Notes under the pieces: generated by a model
What the model was told of the DNA's origin: nothing
What the model saw: only the letters and a program-made list of their open reading frames with translations
The model's database searches: none
Shown here: piece after piece, positions 10,679-19,518 of the stretch
How positions within the stretch are numbered: the first letter of the stretch is position 1
Layout: each line of letters starts with the position of its first letter
Assembly: GCA_040754455.1 (NCBI GenBank)
Contig: JBFMCP010000031.1
Location: forward strand, 1 to 39,144
Reading direction: 5' to 3'
DNA length: 39,144 nucleotides
DNA from: Nitrospirota bacterium
GTDB lineage: Bacteria > Nitrospirota > Thermodesulfovibrionia > Thermodesulfovibrionales > Dissulfurispiraceae
Program-made: the position numbers and the translations under genes

Positions 10679-11020
10679 ATGAAAGAGATCAAGGCATTTA
10701 TTCAGCCGTTCATGCTTTCGAAAGTGACCGCTGCCCTTCAACAGATATCGGGCTTTCCCGGAATGAGCGTAACCAAGATCCAGGGCTTCGGCAGGGAGAA
10801 GGCGAAAGGAGCGCCGCACAGGATCGTGGAAGACCTTATCGATTATGTCCCGAAAGTAAAAATTGAAATTATCGTTAATGACGGTATGGTCGAGGAGGTC
10901 GCAAAGATCATACAGCAAAATGCCCATACGGGAAACAAGGGAGACGGAAAGATATTTATCTATGACGTAAGAGATGCAATAAGAATACGTACCGGAGAAC
11001 GCGGCGAGACAGCGGTATAA
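10679..11020 (+). CDS. PII-family protein associated with czcA
   Basis: MKEIKAFIQP, GFGR, PKVKIEI, TGNKGDGKIF, IRIRTGERG. Confidence 0.9.
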   Translation: MKEIKAFIQPFMLSKVTAALQQISGFPGMSVTKIQGFGREKAKGAPHRIVEDLIDYVPKVKIEIIVNDGMVEEVAKIIQQNAHTGNKGDGKIFIYDVRDAIRIRTGERGETAV

Positions 11021-11045
11021 ATATTCGAAAGAGAGGAGTATTACG

Positions 11046-11636
11046 ATGAAAGCAATAGTACAGTATGTAGCGACAGTAATAGTGGGAATCGTCTTTTTAG
11101 CGGGAAGTGCCGCTGCAACGGAGAAGGACATTGCAGCAAAATCAAAAGGCAGCAGGACGGATGTCTTCAGCGAAGTAAAAGGCGAGAGCGCACCCCCCAA
11201 AGGCTTTGTCAATCTGCTAGTTAGAACTTCGATCAAGTCTTATCCTGAAGGACATTTTGCTTTCGAGTCCACCCCTCCTAAAGACGGCTATGCTTTTGTA
11301 CTTAACGTAGATGGGCAGGGCGCGCTATGGAAAGTTGATGGGCAGAAAGAAGCTACTCCTGCGTATGATAAAAAGAGCAAGAAACTCCCTGAAGGGGGAA
11401 AGGGCACACGGTTTACTCTTGAGAAAAAAATCAGGCTCGCCGTAGGGACCCACAAGATTTTCCTCGGATTGCCGGAAGAAGGATATTCCACTGAGGCTGC
11501 TATTTCATTAGCCGAGGGGGCACAGAATGTGATCGAGTTCAAGCCTGTTTATAAAAGCCACAGGAAAAGTGTGCGCCATTTTGCGCACGGCCTCTCAAAA
11601 TATGAGGTGTTCCTTAACGGGAAAAAGATCAAGTAG
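11046..11636 (+). CDS. Exported hypothetical protein
   Basis: GAGGAG RBS, signal peptide (SAAA), last gene before a hairpin. Confidence 0.75.
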   Translation: MKAIVQYVATVIVGIVFLAGSAAATEKDIAAKSKGSRTDVFSEVKGESAPPKGFVNLLVRTSIKSYPEGHFAFESTPPKDGYAFVLNVDGQGALWKVDGQKEATPAYDKKSKKLPEGGKGTRFTLEKKIRLAVGTHKIFLGLPEEGYSTEAAISLAEGAQNVIEFKPVYKSHRKSVRHFAHGLSKYEVFLNGKKIK

Positions 11637-11940
11637 GTCCTGAGCCTCTGTCTCCTTGCGAATCACGACGAGGCGGAGGCTCCTTCCCGGTCGTTTTCAG
11701 GGCTCCTCGTTCAAACCCGTCCGGGCTCCCATCATGATTGGTAGTGATCCTTCGAATCATATGCCATATTCCGATACCTGAGATGACTTCTACGAAGGAA
11801 TCGGCACCGGAACCGAAAAGGGCTATAGTCTCGTCCTGTATGCCAAACGCCACTGAGACTATTCCCTCAACGAGATTGTAGAAAATGGTGATCAGTGCAA
11901 GGAGATTCGCTTTTTTATAGGCAACGTGTTTATCGTTCAT
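11629..11940 (-). pseudogene. Truncated cation-efflux (CDF-like) membrane protein
   Basis: ITIFYNLVEGIVS...ALFGSGADSFVEVISG...ERGAL, then non-homologous-looking tail running through the hairpin. Confidence 0.7.
11642..11682 (+). terminator. Hairpin ending the czc operon
   Basis: GAGCCTCTGTCTC / GAGGCGGAGGCTC, 13 bp including two G-U pairs. Confidence 0.5.
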
Positions 11941-12202
11941 TTATAAAAGTGTCCTTCATCGGTTTAAAATTATATCACTTCGTAATACAGCAATTCGGCT
12001 AACTGCAGGGTATATCCAGGGCAATCGCATCAAGAATAGCAATCCTCTGTAAATTTACAATCTCGTTTTTTCCAGCTCAGATTGATGTTTTGATTTTGAC
12101 GCGTTTTCCCTGCCACACCTGTTAAATACGCAGCATTCTATGCTATTTTATTTATAGTTTGAGAGCTCTTCACTTATCTTGTCACTGCCGGAGGCACTAT
12201 AT

Positions 12203-13165
12203 ATGGATTTCCTGAATGTCCTCTTCCCTGTCTCAGGTGTCCAGACGAACCTCTTCGTGCCCCCTCTCGTCGCGATGACCATTTCCTTCTTCACCTCCAT
12301 GGCAGGGATCTCGGGCGCCTTTCTCTTACTGCCCTTTCAGATGAGCGTGCTTCATTACACCGCTCCTTCGGTGAGCGGGACCAATCATGTCTTCAACGTT
12401 GTGGCCATCCCGAGCGGCGTTTACCGCTATATAAAGGAAGGCCGCATGGCCTGGCCCCTGACGTGGGTAGTCATTGCCGGGACGCTCCCCGGTGTGTTCC
12501 TCGGCTATTATCTGAGAGTCCTCTACCTCCCCAATCCCCGGGCGTTCAAATTATTCGTCGGGTGCGTCCTCCTCTACATCGGGCTCCGTCTGTCCAAGGA
12601 GCTTACCGGTAAAGGAAAAGCAAAATCTGCAGGGAACAAGGCATTGGAGGAGAAATTCAGCCGGGCACGGGGCAGTCAGAATGCGGCATTGGCATCGGGC
12701 ATCCCTTCACATGCGGTCGTAACAACGATCTCGGTCTCGCTGCGGCGCGTTGAATATGAGTTCTGGGGCGAGCGGTTTTCTTTCCCGACAGTGGGCATGT
12801 TCATGCTCGCCCTTGTAGTCGGCATTATCGGCGGCGCTTACGGCATCGGCGGCGGTTCGATCATTGCGCCCTTCTGCGTCGCGGTCTTTCACCTGCCGGT
12901 GTACACCATTGCCGGAGCAGCATTGATGGGGACCTTTATCACCTCTGTTGCCGGCGCGCTCTTCTTCAGTCTCGTACCTGCTACCGGCGGGGTATCGGCA
13001 ATGCCCGACTGGCCGCTCGGGATACTCTTCGGCATCGGCGGGTTTGTAGGCGTCTATCTCGGCGCACGTGCCCAGAAGTTCGTACCGCAAAAGACCATTA
13101 AGTTTATTCTCGGCTTTGTCATTCTCTTTCTTTCCATCCGCTATATCGTCCAGTATTTTTATTGA
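12203..13165 (+). CDS. TauE/SafE sulfite-exporter family protein
   Basis: SMAGISGAFLLLP, GGAYGIGGGSIIAP, GVYLGAR; GGAGG before ATG 12203. Confidence 0.88.
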   Translation: MDFLNVLFPVSGVQTNLFVPPLVAMTISFFTSMAGISGAFLLLPFQMSVLHYTAPSVSGTNHVFNVVAIPSGVYRYIKEGRMAWPLTWVVIAGTLPGVFLGYYLRVLYLPNPRAFKLFVGCVLLYIGLRLSKELTGKGKAKSAGNKALEEKFSRARGSQNAALASGIPSHAVVTTISVSLRRVEYEFWGERFSFPTVGMFMLALVVGIIGGAYGIGGGSIIAPFCVAVFHLPVYTIAGAALMGTFITSVAGALFFSLVPATGGVSAMPDWPLGILFGIGGFVGVYLGARAQKFVPQKTIKFILGFVILFLSIRYIVQYFY

Positions 13166-13171
13166 TCACTG

Positions 13172-13419
13172 ATGCAGAGCCCCGCTATTGTTCAACTCTT
13201 TCTCTCGTTCCTGCGGCTCGGACTGACCGCGTGGTGGGAGGGGTCGCCATCTTTACACGGGGGCTGCTCCTGTTCTTGGCAATAACCTTCGCCACCAAAA
13301 TTTCCTGGGATGTCAAACACACCGTGCTCTGTATCCTGGCATTTACTGCGCTCGCTCGTAAAGTCGACTTGCTCTACGTTGTCGTCGGCGGCGTGCTGAT
13401 CTCGATCGTGATCTTCTAA
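13172..13419 (+). pseudogene. chrA: Chromate transporter remnant with large internal deletion
   Basis: ATG 13172 gives MQSPAIVQLFLSFLRLGLTA (ChrA N-terminus up to the FGG motif). It is joined at about 13232, in another frame, to a ChrA-like C-terminus (GLLL...SWD...KVDLLYVVVGG). Confidence 0.7.
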
Positions 13420-13458
13420 CAAAACAAAATCCTTCCCGGTTGCGGTATCATACTCCTC

Positions 13459-14028
13459 GTGCAAAAATCCGAAGAACGTGAACTCATAAGAAGATTCAAA
13501 GACGGCGATACATCGGTCTTTGAGAGGATTGTCCTTGACTACCAGGACAGGATATATAATCTTTGCCGCCACATGCTTGACGACCCCCATGACGCAGAAG
13601 ATGCGGCGCAGGATGTCTTTATCAAGGCCTACTGGAATCTGAAAAATTTTACGCATGATGCCTCACTCTATACCTGGCTCTATCGAATTGCGGTCAACAC
13701 CTGTATCGACCATCAACGGAAGCCTTTTTTCGAATCGCTGTTCAAATGGTCGCCTGAAGGAGAAGCGCAGACGATTGATCACGCCTCTGAAGCGCCCTCC
13801 CCTGAGCGGCTCTTTGCATCAAAACAGATGGCACAAGCCTTACAAAAGAGTCTGAAGAAATTATCTCCCAAACTGAGAGCCGTTATTATCCTCAAAGAGG
13901 TTGAGGAGCTTTCTTATGAAGAGATTGCCGAGATGCTGGATATATCACTAGGCACGGTAAAATCAAGGATTTACAGGGCCCGTGATGAATTAAGAGCCCT
14001 CATGAAAAAATTTACGGAACAAAGTTGA
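13459..14028 (+). CDS. ECF sigma factor
   Basis: DAEDAAQDVFIKAY, TWLYRIAVNTCID, LSYEEIAEMLDISLGTVKSRIYRAR. Confidence 0.95.
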   Translation: MQKSEERELIRRFKDGDTSVFERIVLDYQDRIYNLCRHMLDDPHDAEDAAQDVFIKAYWNLKNFTHDASLYTWLYRIAVNTCIDHQRKPFFESLFKWSPEGEAQTIDHASEAPSPERLFASKQMAQALQKSLKKLSPKLRAVIILKEVEELSYEEIAEMLDISLGTVKSRIYRARDELRALMKKFTEQS

Positions 14029-14042
14029 TCCTGGTCCGTTTA
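14016..14042 (+). promoter_or_regulatory. Putative ECF-sigma promoter
   Basis: GGAAC-N16-CGTTTA just upstream of the anti-sigma RBS. Confidence 0.55.
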
Positions 14043-14059
14043 AACCTTTGGAGGCAGAC

Positions 14060-14506
14060 ATGAGCTGTTCAAAAAGACCATTGTTATCGCAGTACATTGA
14101 TAGTGCACTGAGTCCTGAGGAAAAGCATACCTTCGAGGCTCACATGAACGCATGTCCTGAGTGTGGCAGAGCACTCGGGGAACTCGAAGCACTGCGTCGT
14201 CTCTTTGCCGCATCCGATCGGTACAAGGCGCCTCCCGGGTTCTCGACATGGGTCATGGCGAATATCGGTGCGGACACGGCAGCACGGCCTGCCGGATTTC
14301 CTCTCTTTGTGAAGTTCGCCGAGGGGATGGTAGTGCTCGCCATGGTTATTATCGGCGTGCTCTCGGGGAGTCTGCTGATCAGCACCCTGCAGCCAAAGGC
14401 GGGAAACGGATCAGCCTTATTTTCGCTGGAGCTGTTCGAGGCAGCGCCTCCCGATTCCGTGGGCGGCGCCTATCTCGCAATGACGGAGACGCGCCATGAG
14501 AAATAA
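14060..14506 (+). CDS. Zinc-binding (ZAS, zf-HC2) anti-sigma factor
   Basis: LSQYIDSAL...HMNACPEC, one TM; GGAGG before ATG 14060. Confidence 0.9.
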   Translation: MSCSKRPLLSQYIDSALSPEEKHTFEAHMNACPECGRALGELEALRRLFAASDRYKAPPGFSTWVMANIGADTAARPAGFPLFVKFAEGMVVLAMVIIGVLSGSLLISTLQPKAGNGSALFSLELFEAAPPDSVGGAYLAMTETRHEK

Positions 14507-14987
14507 TACCGTGCTCAAATTCGCTCTGATCGCATCGCTGATTTTGAATATTTCGTTTCTTGTCACGGTCGGATACCTGTACTACAAAAAGAGCTCCGTC
14601 TGGATATCGCCGTTCGGCACGGTCATGAAGAGGGATCGCTTCCTGTTCGAGGAGCTCTCGTTGAACCCCGAGCAAATGAAAACGCTCAAAGAGCATACGA
14701 TCCCCTTCAGGAAAGAAATAGATCGCAGGAGATATGAAATCGCGCAGAAGAGGAAGGCGATGCTCGATCTCCTGCGCACCGATGCTCCCGCCCCTGATGC
14801 CATCACGGCCGCCGTCTCGGAGATCAGCAGGATGCAGGAAGAGATGCAGCATATGATTGTCATGCATATGCTCGAAATAAAGAACAGCCTGGATAAAGAT
14901 CAGCAGAAGAGATTTCTCGATCTGATCGAGAGGTCCATGACAGGAGGGAGGCAGTTAGGATGTCCGCCGTTGGAGCAAAGCCAGTAA
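14496..14987 (+). CDS. Membrane-anchored periplasmic sensor (heavy-metal-resistance / Spy-CpxP-like fold)
   Basis: ASLILNI anchor, ELSLNPEQ, LDKDQQKRF helical-hairpin motifs. Confidence 0.8.
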   Translation: MRNNTVLKFALIASLILNISFLVTVGYLYYKKSSVWISPFGTVMKRDRFLFEELSLNPEQMKTLKEHTIPFRKEIDRRRYEIAQKRKAMLDLLRTDAPAPDAITAAVSEISRMQEEMQHMIVMHMLEIKNSLDKDQQKRFLDLIERSMTGGRQLGCPPLEQSQ

Positions 14988-16369
14988 CGAATCAAGAAGA
15001 CAGATGTCAGGAGCCGGGAGCCAGAGTCCGGAATCGAAAAGTAAAAACTGCATTTTCTGTTATCGTCCTACTATACTTCATTCTATTGACGCTTACATTG
15101 TTGGTGAATCAGGCCAACAGTGAAACGCTCAGCATCGAAGGGAAGACGCTTACCCTCGATGAATGCATTGCCATCGGTTTGAAGAGCAATCCTTCAGCCG
15201 AAATTTCGCTCCAGAACCTCAGGGCGGTCCAGGAGAGGATCGGAGAGGCATGGGGCGGCTATTATCCCTCGTTCAAGCTCTCGTCCTCATATACCTACAC
15301 GACGCCACAGGACAGCAGGATGCAGATACTTACCGATGCCTATGATACTCGTTTTTCGGTACGGCAAACCCTTTTCGATGCAGGCGCGACCATCAATCTT
15401 GTCGAGAACATCAGGCAGAGCATCAGGTCACAGGAATACGAGACCAAGAAGACCAGTCTCGACATTATCGCCAGCATCACCACTTCGTACCACGATGTCC
15501 TGAAGCGGGGCGATCTGATCGAGGTCTCCCGGGCGGCGCTCAGGAGCGCCGAAACCCATCTGTTGCAGTCACAGGAACTCTACAGAGAGGGCCTCGCCCC
15601 CCGTTCCGATGTCATCAAAGCAGAGGTACAGCGCTCCAGTGCACAGCTCGATATCGTCCGAGCGAAAAACGCCTATCTGCTCGCGAAGGCGAATCTCGCG
15701 GCGGCAATGGGATTACCGGTGACCACCGACTTCACTGTCGTTCCGGTATCCGTCGATGAATCAGCGCCGCTGCCCCCTGTGGAAAGTGCCATGTCTGCAG
15801 CGTATGATCTGAGACCCGAGCTCAAGGGCGGTAAGGCGCGGGTCGATGCAGGGGAGGCGACGGTCAAGCAGGCGAAGAGCGGCTTCTTTCCCACTCTCAG
15901 CCTCGATGCCTCCTACGGCTGGCAGCAGGATCATTTTACCCCCGAGGACAAAAAGTGGAGCATCGGCATAACAGCGGGTATTCCCCTCTTCGAACAGCTC
16001 ACCACACGGTCACGGCTCAATCAGGCAAGGGCAAACCTTGCCGGACTGAAGGCAGCAGAACTACAGACGAGGAGGGCTGTCGAGCTCGATGTGGAGCAGG
16101 CCTGGCTTGCGCTGAAAGAGGCGCTGGAACGGTTCGCCGTAACGAAGAAGACCCTCGAGCAGGCGCAAGAGGACATGCGCGTTTCAGAGGGACGATACAA
16201 AGAGGGCGTTGGAAATATTCTCGAAGTGATCGATGCCCAGACCGCGCTGACCCAGGCAACGACGAACCATGTCGTTGCCCTCTACGATATCGCAAACGCG
16301 CAGGCACGGCTCGACAGGGCGACAGGTAAAGGACTGGTGGACAGATTAACCAAGGAGGGAAAGAGATAA
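14960..16369 (+). CDS. TolC-family outer membrane efflux protein
   Basis: LTLDECIAIGLKSNP, YYPSF, RPEL, RYKEGVGNILEVIDAQ; start uncertain. Confidence 0.9.
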   Translation: MSAVGAKPVTNQEDRCQEPGARVRNRKVKTAFSVIVLLYFILLTLTLLVNQANSETLSIEGKTLTLDECIAIGLKSNPSAEISLQNLRAVQERIGEAWGGYYPSFKLSSSYTYTTPQDSRMQILTDAYDTRFSVRQTLFDAGATINLVENIRQSIRSQEYETKKTSLDIIASITTSYHDVLKRGDLIEVSRAALRSAETHLLQSQELYREGLAPRSDVIKAEVQRSSAQLDIVRAKNAYLLAKANLAAAMGLPVTTDFTVVPVSVDESAPLPPVESAMSAAYDLRPELKGGKARVDAGEATVKQAKSGFFPTLSLDASYGWQQDHFTPEDKKWSIGITAGIPLFEQLTTRSRLNQARANLAGLKAAELQTRRAVELDVEQAWLALKEALERFAVTKKTLEQAQEDMRVSEGRYKEGVGNILEVIDAQTALTQATTNHVVALYDIANAQARLDRATGKGLVDRLTKEGKR

Positions 16370-17446
16370 ATGAGAAAGAGGCTGGTTGTTATAATCGTCC
16401 TACTGACACTGGTGCTTGCGAGCTCCGTAGGCGCATACAAGTTTTTCAATGGAAGAGGCGATAAGGAAACAGCCTTCCAGACAGAGGCGGTCAGAAAGTG
16501 CACCATCGCTTCGACCGTGCAGGCGACCGGCGTCATCAGAGCGAAGATCGGAGCCGAGGTCAAGGTCGGGGCGCGCATTTCAGGAAGGGTCGAGAAGCTC
16601 TATGCAAATATCGGCGATGTGGTGAAAAAGGGCCAGATCATCGCACGCCTCGAACAGGAAGACCTGCACGCGAAGGTCAACGAAGCAAAGATGAACCTGA
16701 AGATCGTTGAGGCAAATCTCGATCTCGCACAGAAGAACCTCCAGAGAATGCAGAATCTTTACGCAAAAGATTTCGTATCGAGGGATAAAGTCGATGTCGC
16801 CGAAAGGGACTATAAGGCGGCCCAGGCGCAGGCGAACCAGATAAGGGAGACGATACGCTTCAACGAGGCGCAAATGTCCTATGCGACGATCGTCGCGCCC
16901 ATCTCGGGCGTCATCGCTTCGGTAACAACACAGCAGGGAGAGACGGTATCTGCCTCGTCCCTCAATGTGCCGACCTTTGTAACCATAGTCGATCTGAACC
17001 GGCTCGAAGTCTACGCGTATGTCGATGAAACGGATATCGGCAAGATAAAGCCGGGGTTCGAGGCGACCTTTACCGTCGATTCATTTCCCGATAAGGATTT
17101 CAAAGGAACAGTAAGCGCCGTCTATCCGAAAGCCACCATTCAGGACAACGTGGTCTATTACATCACGATCATCTCGATTGAGAATCCCGAGGGAAAGCTG
17201 AAGCCGGATATGACGGTGAATGCCACTATTTACCTGAACAAGCGCGAAAATGTGCTTGCGGTGCCCAATAAGGCGATCAAGAGAGAGGGCGGCAGAAAGG
17301 TGGTCCAGGTAATCGAAAACGGCAAGCCTGCGCTCCGGACTGTCAAGACAGGTTGGAAGGACAGCAGCCATACCGAGGTGATCGAGGGGCTGCGCGAGGG
17401 CGATGTTGTAGTGACCGGAGAAGTGGCAAAGGCTGAGAAGGAGTGA
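16370..17446 (+). CDS. MacA-like periplasmic adaptor
   Basis: VKVGARISGRV, IVAPISGVI, VDETDIGKI, LKPDMT. Confidence 0.9.
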   Translation: MRKRLVVIIVLLTLVLASSVGAYKFFNGRGDKETAFQTEAVRKCTIASTVQATGVIRAKIGAEVKVGARISGRVEKLYANIGDVVKKGQIIARLEQEDLHAKVNEAKMNLKIVEANLDLAQKNLQRMQNLYAKDFVSRDKVDVAERDYKAAQAQANQIRETIRFNEAQMSYATIVAPISGVIASVTTQQGETVSASSLNVPTFVTIVDLNRLEVYAYVDETDIGKIKPGFEATFTVDSFPDKDFKGTVSAVYPKATIQDNVVYYITIISIENPEGKLKPDMTVNATIYLNKRENVLAVPNKAIKREGGRKVVQVIENGKPALRTVKTGWKDSSHTEVIEGLREGDVVVTGEVAKAEKE

Positions 17447-17506
17447 GCATCCAGCTCAACAGGGCTGGATACTGGAAAAGCTGGTTTGTAATAGAGGAGG
17501 TAGTAA

Positions 17507-18187
17507 ATGATTGAGTTGAAAGGTATCACCAAGACGTACCGGAAAAACGGAAGTCTCGAGGTCAGTGTCCTCAAGGGCATCGATCTCGAGATCAAGAAAG
17601 GGGAGTTCGTAGCGATTATGGCGCCCTCGGGTATGGGCAAGTCGACGCTCATGAACATCATCGGCTGCCTCGACAAGCCGACCGGCGGGGAGTATCTCCT
17701 CGACGGCGCCGCTGTGGACAAGATGAACGATGATGATCTGTCCCGTACACGCAACAAGAAGATCGGGTTCGTGTTTCAGTCCTTCAACCTGCTGCCCAAG
17801 ACCACGGCCCTCGAAAATGTAGAGCTGCCGCTCATCTATGCTTCAGATGATATAGATGTGAAGGCAAAGGCGAAAGCGGCCCTTGAGTCGGTAGGCCTCG
17901 GAGAGAGGATCAACCACATGCCTTCGGAGCTCTCCGGCGGGCAGCAGCAGCGCGTCGCTATCGCGCGGGCGCTGGTGAACGATCCCGCGATTATCCTTGC
18001 GGACGAGCCGACGGGCAACCTCGATACCGCATCGAGCGAAGAGGTCATGAACATCTTCAAAAGGCTGAACCAGAACGGAAGGACCATCATCCTCGTCACG
18101 CACGAGCCCGATATCGCCGGACATGCAAAAAGGATTATCAGGTTAAAGGACGGACAGGTCGTCAGTGACGAAAGGAGGGCCGCATAA
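17507..18187 (+). CDS. ABC ATP-binding protein, MacB/LolD type
   Basis: [37 protein letters not shown]. Confidence 0.95.
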   Translation: MIELKGITKTYRKNGSLEVSVLKGIDLEIKKGEFVAIMAPSGMGKSTLMNIIGCLDKPTGGEYLLDGAAVDKMNDDDLSRTRNKKIGFVFQSFNLLPKTTALENVELPLIYASDDIDVKAKAKAALESVGLGERINHMPSELSGGQQQRVAIARALVNDPAIILADEPTGNLDTASSEEVMNIFKRLNQNGRTIILVTHEPDIAGHAKRIIRLKDGQVVSDERRAA

Positions 18188-19434
18188 TGACGAAGATCGT
18201 TAATCTCGCGCTCAAGGGACTTACAAAGTACAAGATGAGGACCTTCCTTATGATGCTCGGCATCATCATCGGCATTGCCACACTCACCGTGATCGTATCG
18301 ATCAGCAAAGGCGCCCAGATGAAGATCATGAAGGGGATAAGGAGCTTCGGCACCAATGCGGTGCTGGTATCGGCAGGCGGCGGCAAGATGTTCGGCCCGC
18401 CTGATGAAGACACGACCTCGCTCAGGATTGAAGATGCCGATGCAATCAAGGAGTCGGTGAAAGGCGTGAAGCACATTGCCGCCTTTACCGTCAGTGTTTC
18501 CCAGGACATCATCTACGGGAACAAAAACACCACCTCTCCGGTTCTCGGCGTAACGCCGGAATGGATGGACGCCTGGCAGTGGTATGTCGACAAGGGCGAG
18601 TATATCAGCGACGACGACAACGCATCCATGAGCAAGAATGCCGTCATCGGCCAGACTGTTGCGAGAGAGCTCTTTGGCGACCAGAACCCCATCGGTGAAA
18701 CCATCCGTATTAACAACACCAACTTCAAGGTTATCGGCATCATGGCCCACCGCGGAACGAGTCCGATGGGGATGGATATGGACAGAAGAGTCTTCGTGCC
18801 CCGGACGACGGCGATGAGAAAGCTTTTCAATATCGATCATGTCGGCATGATAAGAATGTACATCGAAGATGAATCGAAGCTTCAGGAAGTGACGATGAAT
18901 GTGACCGCACTCCTCAAAGAGCGGCACCATATCACGGCAGGCCAGGAAGACGATTTCAGGGTCACCAATACCGTGAAGATGTCCATGATGGCAAAAGGCG
19001 TGTCGAAGACCCTGCGGACCTTCCTCATCCTGCTCTCAGTGATATCGTTGGGCGTCGGCGGCATCGTGATTGCCAACATCATGTTCATCTCGGTAAATGA
19101 GAGGAAGAAGGAGATCGGTATACGACGGGCATTCGGCGCCCGGGCAAAGGATATCATGAACCAGTTCCTCGGGGAGGCGCTGCTCGTGACCGTCAGCGGA
19201 GGCGTACTCGGCACGCTGCTCGGTCTTGCGGTGTCCAAAATCGTTTCCATGATTCCTTTGGCTACGGCGATAGGGCCAATGGGCAAGAAGAAGATGATGA
19301 CGATGCCCGCCGTGATTTCATGGGAGCCTTTTGTGCTCGCCTTCCTCTTCTCGGTAATTATCGGCGTACTGGCAGGCATCCAGCCCGCAAAGAAAGCGGC
19401 TGCAATGGATCCCGTAGAGGCGATGAGAGGATAA
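18187..19434 (+). CDS. ABC permease, MacB/FtsX type
   Basis: [21 protein letters not shown]...[21 protein letters not shown]. Confidence 0.93.
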   Translation: MTKIVNLALKGLTKYKMRTFLMMLGIIIGIATLTVIVSISKGAQMKIMKGIRSFGTNAVLVSAGGGKMFGPPDEDTTSLRIEDADAIKESVKGVKHIAAFTVSVSQDIIYGNKNTTSPVLGVTPEWMDAWQWYVDKGEYISDDDNASMSKNAVIGQTVARELFGDQNPIGETIRINNTNFKVIGIMAHRGTSPMGMDMDRRVFVPRTTAMRKLFNIDHVGMIRMYIEDESKLQEVTMNVTALLKERHHITAGQEDDFRVTNTVKMSMMAKGVSKTLRTFLILLSVISLGVGGIVIANIMFISVNERKKEIGIRRAFGARAKDIMNQFLGEALLVTVSGGVLGTLLGLAVSKIVSMIPLATAIGPMGKKKMMTMPAVISWEPFVLAFLFSVIIGVLAGIQPAKKAAAMDPVEAMRG

Positions 19435-19440
19435 CGGGGT

Positions 19441-19508
19441 AAGCAATCAGCAAAAGAAAGGGAGGACGGTTTTTCGACTGAAAGCTAACTGCTGACAGCT
19501 GATTGCTT
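19441..19508. repeat. Heptamer-built palindromic intergenic element (AGCAATC type)
   Basis: AAGCAATCAGC / GCTGATTGCTT 11-bp IR; right arm ACTGAAA GCTAACT GCTGACA GCTGATT. Confidence 0.75.
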
Positions 19509-19518
19509 TGCAACGCTC

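Noticed and set aside
17836..18930. Long antisense ORFs (also 1165-1896, 6307-7107, 31020-31907, 37898-38749)
   Set aside because: Shadows of well-supported genes on the opposite strand with no motifs of their own.
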